Origin: Octopus sinensis
Taxonomy: Eukaryota
Assembly: GCF_006345805.1 (NCBI RefSeq)
Contig: NC_042999.1
Coordinates: 85,126,001 to 85,190,000 of the forward strand
Direction: 5' to 3'
Length of the DNA: 64,000 bases
Each line of letters opens with the position of its first letter. Position 1 is the first letter of the stretch. Of the stretch, positions 12,961 to 24,897 are shown in pieces. Below the pieces are notes generated by a model. The model ran no database searches, was not told the DNA's origin, and saw only the letters and a program-made list of their open reading frames with translations. Both the position numbers and the translations under genes were made by a program.

Positions 12961-13033
<73 letters not shown>

Positions 13034-13036
<3 letters not shown>

Positions 13037-15725
13037 TAGTCTTATTTTTATCACGTGCTTTCACTGCACTACCAGGCGCAGATCTGTGTGCCTTGAGTAT
13101 GTGCTGTGCTTTATTGTAATGCTTTTATTTTTACAGCATTGAAAGTGTTTTACGTAGGATGTGTGCGGTGCCTAGTAGTGCTATTTTCTGTATGTTATAT
13201 ATACTTGTTAGTCGTTTTATGTATTTGTCAGAATATTTTTTTATCATACCTAATGCGCCTACTTTGATAGGAATTGTTTCTGTTTTTAGACTCCACATTC
13301 GAGTTACCTCCATTTGCAGATCTTTTTATTTTGAATGTTTCTCCGTTTCTTTTGGAGAAACATTGACGGATATATTTCTTTTTCATTCGCAAAATATGCA
13401 TTTTTTTTAAAGACAATATAAAATCTGAAGATCGGCTATAATAATAAAGTTTTCCAGTCAAATTGCTATGAAGATATGATGTTGTGGGGATAAAATTGGA
13501 GGAAAAAGATACAGAGGTTTCAAAATCGAAAAAAACTGTATTTATAGCCAAAAGCGAGACATATATTTACTGCGTTTAGTGTAGCGGTGTCAACTATTCA
13601 AGCCAGCAGACTAAGGTGTCACATATTCATTGGTCCTGCTTCAACAACCCTGCGAAGAAAGCTTGCAGTTCCAAGCAATGCTGGTTTTAGTAGGTGTCCT
13701 ACCGTCACACCTGAACCAATCTTTTTCAGCTATGTTGGTATTTGAGTGCTGATACTTCCAAGTGCACCAATTACTATTGGTATCACGACTACTCTCTTTA
13801 TTGACCGCAACCTTCGTATTTCCCACTTTAAATCCTCATAGTTGTTTATTTTTTCTTCTTCTTTCACATTGATCCTGTTATCACCGGGTATGCTATGTTG
13901 ATTATCATACATGTCCTTTCTTTTTTATTCACCACAACAATGTCCGGTGTCGGGTGATCGCACTGGATCTTTGCATCCCACAAGATTTTACAATTATCAT
14001 ATTCGGTGACTCCTTCTAGACTTTACTCATAGCACGTCTTTGCTCTTTGTAGGCCGTGATTTCCACAGATCTTCCCATAGATCATTCTTGCTACATGTCA
14101 TGGCGTCTTTTGTATTCCTGTTGTGCCCAATTTTGGGCATCCACTAAACGATGTGGCATACCGTTTCACTTCTCACACCATCCATTCTGCTTTTGTCGCT
14201 ATCGGCAGTACTGTCGATTCTGCACTTCATATAGCTGGTCCTTAACGTTTATTCCTGAGCTGCACATATGAGTACTTCTGTCTCTAGCTTCAGGTTACTC
14301 ATCCTCATCCATAACCAACGGTCCACTGCAACTGTTTTGGCCCGCATATCTCTTACATTTTCTTTTCTTTCCATGCTTTTGTTTTCTTCATTTCTTGTTT
14401 AAATTTTTCTTTCGTTACACATTTTTTAGATTTGAGGACGCTGACCTTCTTCATGTGTTTCAACAGTGGTTCCACGGCACATTTTATATACTACACTAAT
14501 CTGTTTTCCTCTGCTTCAATACAGTCCCGGAAAATGATCAAACCTCTCCCACTCTTTCTTCTGGACAAGTACAGCCTATCGGTGCCACTCTTAAGGTAGA
14601 AGACTCCACATGCTGTCAACATTTTTCTTGTCTTAGTATCCATTTTCTTCACTTCTCTCTTTTGCCATTTTATAATTCCTACTCTATACCACCCCACACC
14701 AATAATAAAAATGATAGTAATAATAATAATTATTATTATTAATATTATTATTGTTGTTGTTGTTGTTGTTGTTGTTATCACTAAAGGCGGCGATCTGGGA
14801 GAATCGTTAGCACGTCGGGCGAAACGCTTAGTGGTATTTCGTCTACCTTCTGAGTTCAAACACTAGGGTCGATGTAATCGACTACATCCTACCTAAAATT
14901 TCTGGACTTGTGCCTATTGTAGAAAGGATTATTATTATTGTTGTTGTTGTTGTTGTTGTTATTATTATTATTATTATTTCGGTTTGGCACAGGTTTGGTC
15001 TTATTCTTGGTAGTATTTATGTGTATGACGGGTTACTATCTGTAACGTTAGATATTCACAAGTTTTCAGCAGTCTTTGAAGTGCTTAGAACACCCCTGAT
15101 AACCTTTGCTGTCCCAAAGAAGACAAACTTTCTGTTGGAGCACTACCAGGCGTACTATTTCAAACTCACAAAATCTTACATTTCTCCGATGCCAGTACTC
15201 TTTCCATTCAATGATTGCACCATGTGTTTCCAGTTTCAAATCCCCATTTCTGGCACAGTTTATAATGTAAAACATTTACAACTTGATCGTACTTCCATTT
15301 CTTATATTCTTCCGTTGCCAACTTAGGGCATTCTTCCACAATGTGTGCTACTATCTCGTTCCAAATTGCACAGGCTCTACGTTTTACCCAAGTTGTTTGT
15401 TTTTATTGCTTGATCTTGAGCTGCTACAGTTAGGCACTCTTTCTTTTTTTAATTGTTCTTTTTTAACCAAGCCTAATATTTTGTTCCACGTACATGGCCA
15501 TGCATAATTATCCACAAGTTTTCAGTAGTCTTTCAATTGCTTAGAACTCTTCTTATAACCCTTGCTGTCCCTAAGATGCAAACTTTCTATAGGAGCTCTA
15601 TCGAGCATTCTATTTTAACATCCTTCAGCCATTTGTCTATACCTTGACTTACTATTCCCAACGCACTAATTATTATACGCAGGACTTTTACTGTTCGCAT
15701 GCTCCAAATTCTTCTCATTTCAAAT
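13034..15725 (-). mobile_element. Stack of older R4/Dong-like 3' fragments separated by (TAA)n/(CAA)n runs
   Basis: Repeated C-terminal motifs (KIALLGTAHILRKTLS; VVVIPIVIGALG; IIISALGIVSQG) and an RT-thumb piece (KKMDTKTRKMLT...DRLYLSRRKSGRGL). Mirror copy about 57770-60140 (+). Confidence 0.75.
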
Positions 15726-15785
<60 letters not shown>

Positions 15786-15889
15786 TCATCATCATCATCA
15801 TCCTCATCGTCATTATTATTAATGAATGGCGACATAAACTATAAAGCTAAACATCTTATCAAGTAAGCTATCCAGAAACCTATCAAACG

Positions 15890-15956
<67 letters not shown>

Positions 15957-15982
15957 TGTAGTAGTAGTAGTAGTAGTAGTAA

Positions 15983-16035
<53 letters not shown>

Positions 16036-17464
16036 TATCGAATTTAACATTAGCAATTTGAAGTATATCGTTGATGACCACAAAAAGGCTAAGACATAGA
16101 TGTAGCGATAGAAATACTTTGATTGATTGACAGATAAGCAGACGGAGAGGAAGGTTTAAAATTACTTACGACTTGGCCCGTAGTCTGTCCAAAAAGAAAC
16201 AAAATTGATAATATTATATTCAAAACTGATTCATTAAAAGCCATAGATTAGAGCAAGAAGCAAAATACATATGTATGTGTATATATGTAGTGGGGAGCAA
16301 AATGAGTAACTTTTGATTCCTCATTTTCTCCTTACATGTTTGAAAATCATTACATTGCAAGTATAGCATTACTATTTTCTACTGCTGGATCATTTTTAGG
16401 AGTAAAAATGGGTCAGCACAGCTGTTGTTGTTGTTGAAGTTTAAAGCGTTCAGAACATAGTCAGATAGCAGGTCCCATTTTTCTTAAGAAAATTTTCCTT
16501 AATTTTGACCCGATTGGAATTGAGGTTGCTAATAAAATATCTGGATAGTTTTTGGCGCTTAATAATCCATATTCTTTTCCCTGTTGGATTCCAAGTCAAT
16601 TTTTTTCCACACTAATATCTAATTTAATCATTTTAAAGTTTCAACAGTGATGTCTAAGATGAGTAATTATCGGCTAATTTCAATAGTCGATAAGTACTGT
16701 ATGGTGTGTAAATACATCAGGAAGAAGACACTCCAGCATATCGTGATGAAGCTACAGCGAATATTTTATGTTGAGTTGGTTTTTTTTTTTAGTCGAGTTT
16801 CTTTAATTTCATATCACGTGCCATTTTCGCCTGATCTTTTTTTATTTAACTTTTTTCTTGCATTTCTGATCTTTCTTGTGTCTAGGGATAGCTAGGGATG
16901 TGTATGAGTCTCTTTTCTGGAGAATTTATCTTTACCTTATCATGGCTTACTCGTTTTGCCCCGGCCAAAGTTGTCTTTTATATACTCAAAGAGAATGGCG
17001 ATAATTTTCTAAAATAGTGATGAGATCGTATTATAATGCTTTTAATGCATTTAGTGAAGGCCATTTCCTTACCTAATATAGTTTTTGTAATGTAGTGAAC
17101 ATTTGTAGAAAATACATTTTGCCTCAAAGTCAAAAATGCAGAAAAGGCTCCTCGTTGAGCCCCATTACCACCACAACCTATATATATGAGAGAGAAAGAG
17201 AGAGAGGGAGGGAGAGAGAGAGAGCATATTGACGGTGTATTAAACTTTACTTACATGGATTTCCCGCTATGCCCAGACATAGAGTCGCAATTACTACAAA
17301 TAAAGAATATTATTTATTAGATTAAATTAAAATCGTAACGATTTTGTTTGGTTATTTAAAAAATTACAAGGATAATATATTGTAAGTGATTTAATTGATT
17401 CTGTTAAAGAACCGATATATGTTAGGTTAGAAAGAAAGTTCTGTCACAATTTTGACATAATCAG

Positions 17465-18600
17465 TTCGAGGGTACGTTTGCAATACTTACTGTTTAATAA
17501 GCTTTAATTTTTACATTCCAATGTTTTTCTTTTTCTTTTATTTTTGTTTGTTTGTCGATTGTACCATAGTGTTCTTTTTTTTCGTATCGTTTTTACCCCT
17601 TTTAAAATTACTTTAGATTAGATTTTGCACATGTTAGAAACTGCTTACGGTATAAATTCGAAAAAGGCTCTGCTGCAATGGAAGTCACTAGAAATATTTG
17701 TTGTCTGTAAAAATTAAGCTTTGTCCGGAAATGTCAATAATAGTTTCGTTAGTTTCGCTCGAGATTTTTTTTCTGTTGTTCTGTTTAAAAACCGTAGTTG
17801 AGGAAAATCCCAACCAAACTGCATGAGTGTTACCAAAACAATTCAATTCAAATCACTCTTAAATCATAAAATACCTTAATGGACTAAGTAAGAAAAGTAT
17901 CTAAACTTGGCTGCTGCGACCCTATCATCTGATTGCCGCTCAGCATAATCATAGAGTTTCCCTATGCTCGTCGTTAAAGAGTAGACTTGCTGCTGAATAT
18001 TTCCTGGTAGAATCATAACAAATGGTGATCATAGGTTTTTTATAACTATATTCAACAAAAATGACAATGGTTAGCACCCAAGGAGAAAGAAGAATCCATC
18101 TCCGAACCAAGAGTATTCCCGAAAATATTATGCTTTGTATTTAGTGGTAGATGAAGGGTGGTCATCTATCTTAAAGTGTTAAACCAAAACGAAACAGTTA
18201 ATGCAAAGTATTGTCGTAAACGAAAGCATTGCACAAAAATTTGCAGTAAAAGCACCCGTCATTGCTCAGTCGTAAGGGGTGTTGTTCTTACATCATAAAG
18301 CAAAACTACATGTTACCCACGTCACTCAGGGAAAGGTAATGGCACTAAATATTGAACTTTTGCCACATCCTCCTAACGCTCCTGACCATACTCCTTCTGA
18401 CAATCATCTTTTCAGATTATTGTAACATTATTTAGATGGAAAACTGTTTATAAATTGTGAAGAGGTTAAAGATGTTGTTGAGAGTTTCTTTGCTTAAAAA
18501 CTGAAGGATTTTCTGCTCGAGTGATCGACAGTTTGTAAATAGACGGAATTAGGTTATCAATAATGAGGGGAAATATTATGTTGAGTAGATATATTAATTA
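17465..18600 (+). mobile_element. Degenerate mariner-like transposon
   Basis: Decayed motifs including ELLPHPPNAPDHTPSDNHLF (HPPYSPDLAPSDYHLF-like). Mirror copy about 54910-56050 (-). Confidence 0.7.
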
Positions 18601-18719
18601 AGATCAAAGGAGTATTTCTTTCTTTCTTTCTCATCTTGAAATGTAACTGGACTTTTTCTAATAGTTTTTGATTCTCCTGGGAAGTTCAAATTTACTGTAG
18701 TGGAAATATAATTTAGAGA

Positions 18720-19900
18720 TAGAGAGAAGTGGAGGAGAAAAGATGAGACAAAGTCACTACTCAAGAAAGTATGAAAACGGTGATACGTACCAGCAACAGC
18801 TGCAATAAACGATAGATTCTTCATCTTGGCGAATTATGCTGCAAAGTCCGAAAACCAGACCTTTTATAACATGGAATACCAAATATAATCAATATGTATA
18901 TATCGAGCACAGATGGTGCATTAAATGTAATAAAACTGAAATACATGTGTGGGAACTATCAAACTATAAAGTGGGTGTATATGGTTACAGCCCAAATTTA
19001 TCGGTATTTATTGCATATTCGAAGGAAAAATGGAATTAACCCTTGAATTCACGTGTTGGAATATGTACTGATGGGGTACCATCTATGACAGGCTCTATTA
19101 AAGGTTTTGTATCTCTCGTAAAACAACAAAATTCTAATGTTATACGTAATCATTGCTTCCAACACAGGAAGGTACTAGCTTCAAAAACAATACCAGTTGA
19201 GTTAAAGCAAGTATTAAGCCAAACTGTTGAAATGCGCCAAAACATTTTGACTTATTGTAAGGTGCGCCGTGAGTAAAAAAAGTTGGGGAAACACTGCTTT
19301 AGTTTGTTAACATTTGTGATTAGAGAAGATTATTCCTATAATAATATTAGCAAACTCCATAAGGGAATGGAGAAGGAAATTCGTTTATTTGTCGTTTATT
19401 TGTCGTTTATTTGAATGAATTTGTGTTGATTTTGATTCTCTGCACAAGCGCTTACTTTTACACACAAAAGTCAGATGACTCTCAGAACTTCAGAAGGAAT
19501 TGCAAGCATTTTTAAAGAAGAAAAACACGAACGCTTCTTGGAATAACTCCACTGAGAATTTTAGTTTTCCAAGCTGGAATATTTAACAGAGATATTTGCA
19601 CAACTTTAGCATCAACACCAGTAGTCAAAGTAGAGATGAAAACATTATCACTTCATCAGATAAGCTGGTTTCATCTAGAAAGAAAGTTGTAATTTGGGAA
19701 AATAGAGCTGAAGGTGGTAACTAAGAAATGTTTCCCTTAATACGTAAAAGCTGCATAAAAGAAATGACTCCTATTGTATTTGAACAAATCTAGAAGAAAA
19801 AATTAACATCTATTTTCTGTCATTGAACACAGAAGAGTATGATTGGGTTCGAATTTATTTGAGTTGGGATTTTCAACCCCCAATAGCATCAGATCCTAAA
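18720..19900 (+). mobile_element. hAT (Buster/Charlie-like) transposase remnant
   Basis: ORF 19043-19276 GICTDGVPSMTGSIKGFV...NHCFQHRKVLASK matches the hAT CTDGAxxMxG and HCxxHR motifs. Confidence 0.75.
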
Positions 19901-20043
19901 AAAGAGAGAGCTCCGTTGCATCGAAGAAGAAACTAGGGTTTATCTTTCTCAAATACATTCCATATTGAAAACGTTTCCAAAAAACATTAAGCGCATATCT
20001 CTCGCTGATAACTTTGCTGCATATATTGAAGTAAGCACATTTA

Positions 20044-20213
20044 ATCCCTATTTCATTTGCCAACATTATAAAGAGGGTAGATATATAGACAGAGAGGTTG
20101 ATTTCGTTCTTAAGAACATGATAGTAGTATGTTTACTCTCCGTCTGTATATGAAATCAACCTCTCTGTCTATATATCTACCCTCTTTATAATGTTGGCAA
20201 ATGAAATAGGGAT
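20044..20213. repeat. Perfect 62-bp inverted repeat with a 46-bp spacer (MITE or hairpin)
   Basis: 20044-20105 is the exact reverse complement of 20152-20213. Confidence 0.93.
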
Positions 20214-20370
20214 AAGAATGTGCATTGTCCGTTTAATTGGAAAATTCGATAAGTGGCTGAAGGTTGCTAGACATTTTAAAACTGATGTAATACTTACAGT
20301 GTTTAATAAAATGAAGTAGCATGAAGCAATTGTACTACACTACCTTGTATATACTTGTTGCTTATTTTGA

Positions 20371-20401
<31 letters not shown>

Positions 20402-20487
20402 GTAAAGGGTGAAGACCTCCTTCGCTCATGAATGACCATGGGATTGTATCTAGAAAGTTACCCCCCGAGGTACAAGTCCGGGCATTT

Positions 20488-21130
20488 CATTCACTTAGTT
20501 TACACTTTTATCACCTTCAAAGTATTCTTCATTTGAAGCAATGCATCGGTCCAGACGCAGTGCTGGAACTCTTGTAAAGTGATGCCTTTTAACGTCTCCG
20601 TCGCTTTTTTCTTCACCTCTTCCACATTTGCAAATTCCGCAGCACTAGCTTTCCTCACTAGTGATGACCTCCGAAAAAGGTCTGGATCAACTTCCAACTG
20701 TTCTTTCAGTTCACGACACGCATACAGTCGTGACTGCTTCTGATATTCCGTGAGCAAGTGAGGTACAGATTTTGATGCAACTGTTTTCATTTGCAATTCC
20801 TCGCTCAAAATTCGTTGGCAGGAGTTCCAGGACACCAAAATATCAGCAAGTTCATCAATTGTTCAGTGACGGTCCTCCGAGTTCAGTTCATGAATTTTCA
20901 TGTTTTCAGTCGACGTTCGTCCTGAACGAGGTTGATCTTCAAGCGACAAGTGACCATATTCAAAGCGTAAACATGTATTCTGCTCATGGCAACCGTTTCG
21001 GCGGCCGTTTTCCGCAGCAGAAAACAGAATTTCACGGAAGACGCTGTTCCTTCGTTTCAGCCATCGCAAACATCGACGAACAGGAGAGAAGCACTACAAA
21101 ACAAAGACGCACCAAGCGTCCTGAGGGATG
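20488..21130 (-). mobile_element. Internally deleted mariner-like element
   Basis: ORF pieces with LEDQPRSGRTST and SCQRILSEELQMKTVASKSVPHLLTEYQKQSRL (mariner HTH/linker) joined to a C-terminal FANVEEVKKKATETL piece. Confidence 0.75.
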
Positions 21131-21230
21131 TATCAAGTGGCTTCTAGCGGCAATGCCCGAACTACAACGGGCATGTCCTACAGAGAGTGCTTCCGGTTAA
21201 TTCTGTTTACCCCCTCATGTGTGTGCGTGC

Positions 21231-21263
<33 letters not shown>

Positions 21264-21265
21264 TA

Positions 21266-21926
21266 AATAGTTATCGCCATACTAATATGGTACTCTATAA
21301 ATATAAGACTAAAGCTGTCGCTGATTAGCTCCAAGGGGCCATCGCCTCTAGCTAGCTATTTGACACACGAACCTGCGTCCATTACAAACCTTCGAACAGG
21401 GGAGGTCAGCCGCTTCACCTTGCTAGTCAGACATCTGCAGACATGTTTCAGGGTTGTTGCCCTTTATCAATGCAGCGTAGTCAGACCCGCAGGTGTCGCT
21501 ACTGACCGTCTGTTCGAAGATTTTATTTACCTAGTTACAGTGGAATACATCCACTTGTTTTCAATAATAGAAATATTAAAATTACTAAGTCTCTCTAAAG
21601 GAGATTACGACAGCGTTACTGGATATTAATAGTTATCGCCATACTAATATGGTAGTCTATAAATATAAGACTAAAGCTGTTGCTGATTAGCTCCAAGAGG
21701 CCATCGCCTCTAGCTAGCTATTTGAGACACGAACCTGCTTCCATTACAAACCTTCGAACAGTGGAGGTCAGCCGCTTCACCTTGCTAGTCAGACATCTGC
21801 AGACATGTTTCAGGGTTGTTGCCCTTTATCAATGCATTGATATTAGTATGGCGATAACTATTAATATCCAGTAACGCTGCCGTAATCTCCTTTAGAGAGA
21901 CTTAGTAATTTTGATATTTCTATTAT
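21266..21926 (-). repeat. Hammerhead-bearing tandem repeat, family A variant A' (~362-bp unit) with inverted terminal segment
   Basis: Hammerhead folds at 21435-21475 and 21797-21836 (-): CTGCA-TTGATAA-AGGG-CAACAA-CCCT-GAAAC-AT-GTC-TGCAG. 21840-21926 is an inverted copy of about 21567-21650. Confidence 0.85.
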
Positions 21927-21979
21927 ATATATATATGCATGTATTATATATATTATATATAAATATGTATGCATGTATG

Positions 21980-22018
<39 letters not shown>

Positions 22019-22457
22019 CACACACACATATATATATATATATATTATATATATATATATATATACACACACATATATATATATATATAAAGTTAATCCA
22101 AACATGAATGCACAAAGAGAAAACACAACAACGCGAGGACGTGGAACAAGTATAGTGTTATTGGACGCTCAGGAAAATATATATATATAAAATTAAATAA
22201 GGGTAGAAATTGATATTAATCAATTAAAACCAGTGGCTTAGCATATTTAAAAAAAAACGAAAATTAAAAATCGTTTTATTTCGTATATTTCATTTATCTT
22301 TCTTATTTTTACATTTTTTTTTGCTGAGATTTTTCTTGAGAACATATTCTTCATGGTAATGGCGATTTGGCGTCTACGTTTAGCATATAGGTTGTCCATT
22401 TTTAGTGGTCAGTCCTCTAAATTTTCGTATATATATATATATTATATATATATATAT

Positions 22458-23230
22458 AACAAAGTGGAGTTGTGGGGTACCGCACGAGTGGAATTATATA
22501 CGAAAGAAGGTTTGAAAATGCAATTTAAAAGATGTTTATTTACTTTACCGGTTACACTCTTTGGAAAAAAATTGTCAAAAGTAACATGTGGAAGTTTGGT
22601 TGCGTTAATTATTGGTTGTTGCAAATAGCTACATTACATATATACAGTCTTTGGTAACAGGGACATGTTAAGGACATAAAAAAGTTCAACAAGTTCCTTA
22701 AAATATTGGGCACAAAAGATTACATAAATAATCGTTCTCAAGGACATACTTAAGATAGTTTCCAAAAGGAATTGATATTGGTATTGTATCTGTATATTCA
22801 AACATGCACAGAATATTGGTTGACACAGAGTACTATAATTCATATAAATATACATTCTTTGGTGACAACAGTATGTTAGAGTATAAAAAAGTTTAACAAG
22901 CACAAAAGATTAAAACAAATATATTATACATCTCAAGGTAATTTCCAGGAGGAATTATTAAAAAAGTTCAGGTCAGTTTTAACTTCACCACCATCACAAT
23001 GTAAATCCTTTTGAACTCACAACATTCTGTATGTGCACACTGAACTTTTTGTAATGTAGCAATTTGCAACAACCAACAATTAACGCAACCAAACCTCCAC
23101 ATGTTACTCTTGGCAATCCTTCTTCAAAGAGTGAAACCAATAAAGCAATTAAACATCTTTCAAATTGCACCCTCAAACCTTCCCTCGCATACAATTCCAC
23201 TCGTACGGCACCCCACAACTCCACCCTGCC
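22458..23230. repeat. Unclassified interspersed repeat with 176-bp inverted termini; a third copy at about 35499-35955
   Basis: 22458-22633 aligns gap-free to the reverse complement of 23055-23230; 22500-22950 matches the reverse complement of 35499-35955. Confidence 0.85.
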
Positions 23231-23275
23231 ACACACACACACATATATATATATATATTATATATATATATATAT

Positions 23276-23394
<119 letters not shown>

Positions 23395-23404
23395 ATATAT
23401 ATAT

Positions 23405-23512
<108 letters not shown>

Positions 23513-23587
23513 ATATATATATATATATTGATGTATATTGGTTTTGTCTCTAATTTAATATAATATAATATTGATATATATATATAT

Positions 23588-23628
<41 letters not shown>

Positions 23629-23751
23629 ACACACACATATATATATATTATATATATATATATTATATATATATATATAGATATATGTATACATATATAT
23701 GTATATATATTGACATATATATATATATATATTGATATATACCGATATATG

Positions 23752-23782
<31 letters not shown>

Positions 23783-23869
23783 TGATATATATATGTATAT
23801 AGATATATGTATACATATATATGTATATATATTGACATATATATATATATTGATATATACAGATATATG

Positions 23870-23900
<31 letters not shown>

Positions 23901-23915
23901 TATATATATATGTAT

Positions 23916-24827
23916 ATAATAGAAATATTAAAATAACTAAGTCTCACTAAAAGAGAACAGCGGCAGCGTTCCCAGAAAATAATAGTTATCGCCATACTAA
24001 TATGGCATTCTTATAAAAATAAGAAAAAAAGCCTCATGGAGCTAATAAGCGGACAGCTTTTTTCTTATTTTTATAAGAATGCCATATTAGTATGGCGATA
24101 ACTATTATTTTCCGGGAACGCTGCCGCTGTTCTCTTTTAGTGAGACTTAGTTATTTTAATATTTCTATTATTGAAAACAAGTGGATGTATTCCACCGAAA
24201 CTAGGTAAATAAAACCATCGAGCAGAGATTGTCGGAAGCGACACCTACTGCTGGCTACGCTGCATTGAAAAGGGGCAATACCCCGAAACGCGTCTGTAGC
24301 TGCCGGTCAAGTAGTGTGGAGCGACTGACCTCCCTTGTTCGAAGGTTATATGGATACAGTTTGTGTATCAAATAGCTAACTTAAGGCGATGGCCTCATGG
24401 AGCTAATAAGCGGACAGCTTTTTTCTTATTTTTATAAGAATGCCATATTAGTATGGCGAAACTATTATTTTCCGGGAACGCTGGCGCGGTTCTCTTTTAG
24501 TGAGACTTATTATTTTAATATTTCTATATATTGAAAACAAGTGGATGTATTCCACCGAAACTAGGTAAAATAACCATCGAACAGAGATTGTCGGAACGAC
24601 ACCTACTGGCTGGCTACGCTGCATTGAAAAGGGGCAATACCCCGAAACGCGTCTGTAGCTGCCGGTCAAGTAGTGTGGAGCGACTGACCTCCCTTGTTCG
24701 AAGGTTATATGGATACAGTTTGTGTCCAATAGCTAACTTAAGGCGATGGCCTCATGGAGCTAATAAGCGGACAGCTTTTTTCTTATTTTTATAAGAATGC
24801 CATATTAGTATGGCGATAACTATTATT
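23916..24827 (+). repeat. Family A hammerhead tandem array (~359-bp unit) with a ~116-bp inverted 5' segment
   Basis: Two hammerheads at 24259-24300 and 24618-24659; 23916-24032 is the reverse complement of 24056-24171. Confidence 0.9.
24259..24300 (+). ncRNA. Minimal type I hammerhead ribozyme, U3-A8 core variant
   Basis: GCTGCA-TTGAAAA-GGGG-CAATA-CCCC-GAAAC-GC-GTC-TGTAGC; predicted cleavage after C24294. Identical copies at 24618-24659 (+), 27843-27884 (-), 28033-28074 (+); a damaged copy at 28395-28434. Confidence 0.85.
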
Positions 24828-24897
24828 GATATGTATATAGATATATGTATATAGATATATGTATATATATATATATACATATATATATATTGATATA

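Noticed and set aside
15892-16034. (TAG)n / (CTA)n tracts as telomeric repeats (also 38672-38750, 57480-57630)
   Set aside because: Simple trinucleotide microsatellites, not TTAGGG-type repeats.
16100-17460. Identical ORFs 16647-16895 and 56619-56867 as a conserved gene
   Set aside because: Identity reflects the inverted duplication; the start is non-ATG and no domain or credible splice pattern is seen.
22458-23230. CpG deamination or sequencing error as the cause of the transition bias between the inverted copies
   Set aside because: The changes are strand-asymmetric (20 versus 1), mostly outside CpG, and the alignment has no indels, unlike methyl-C decay or long-read error.
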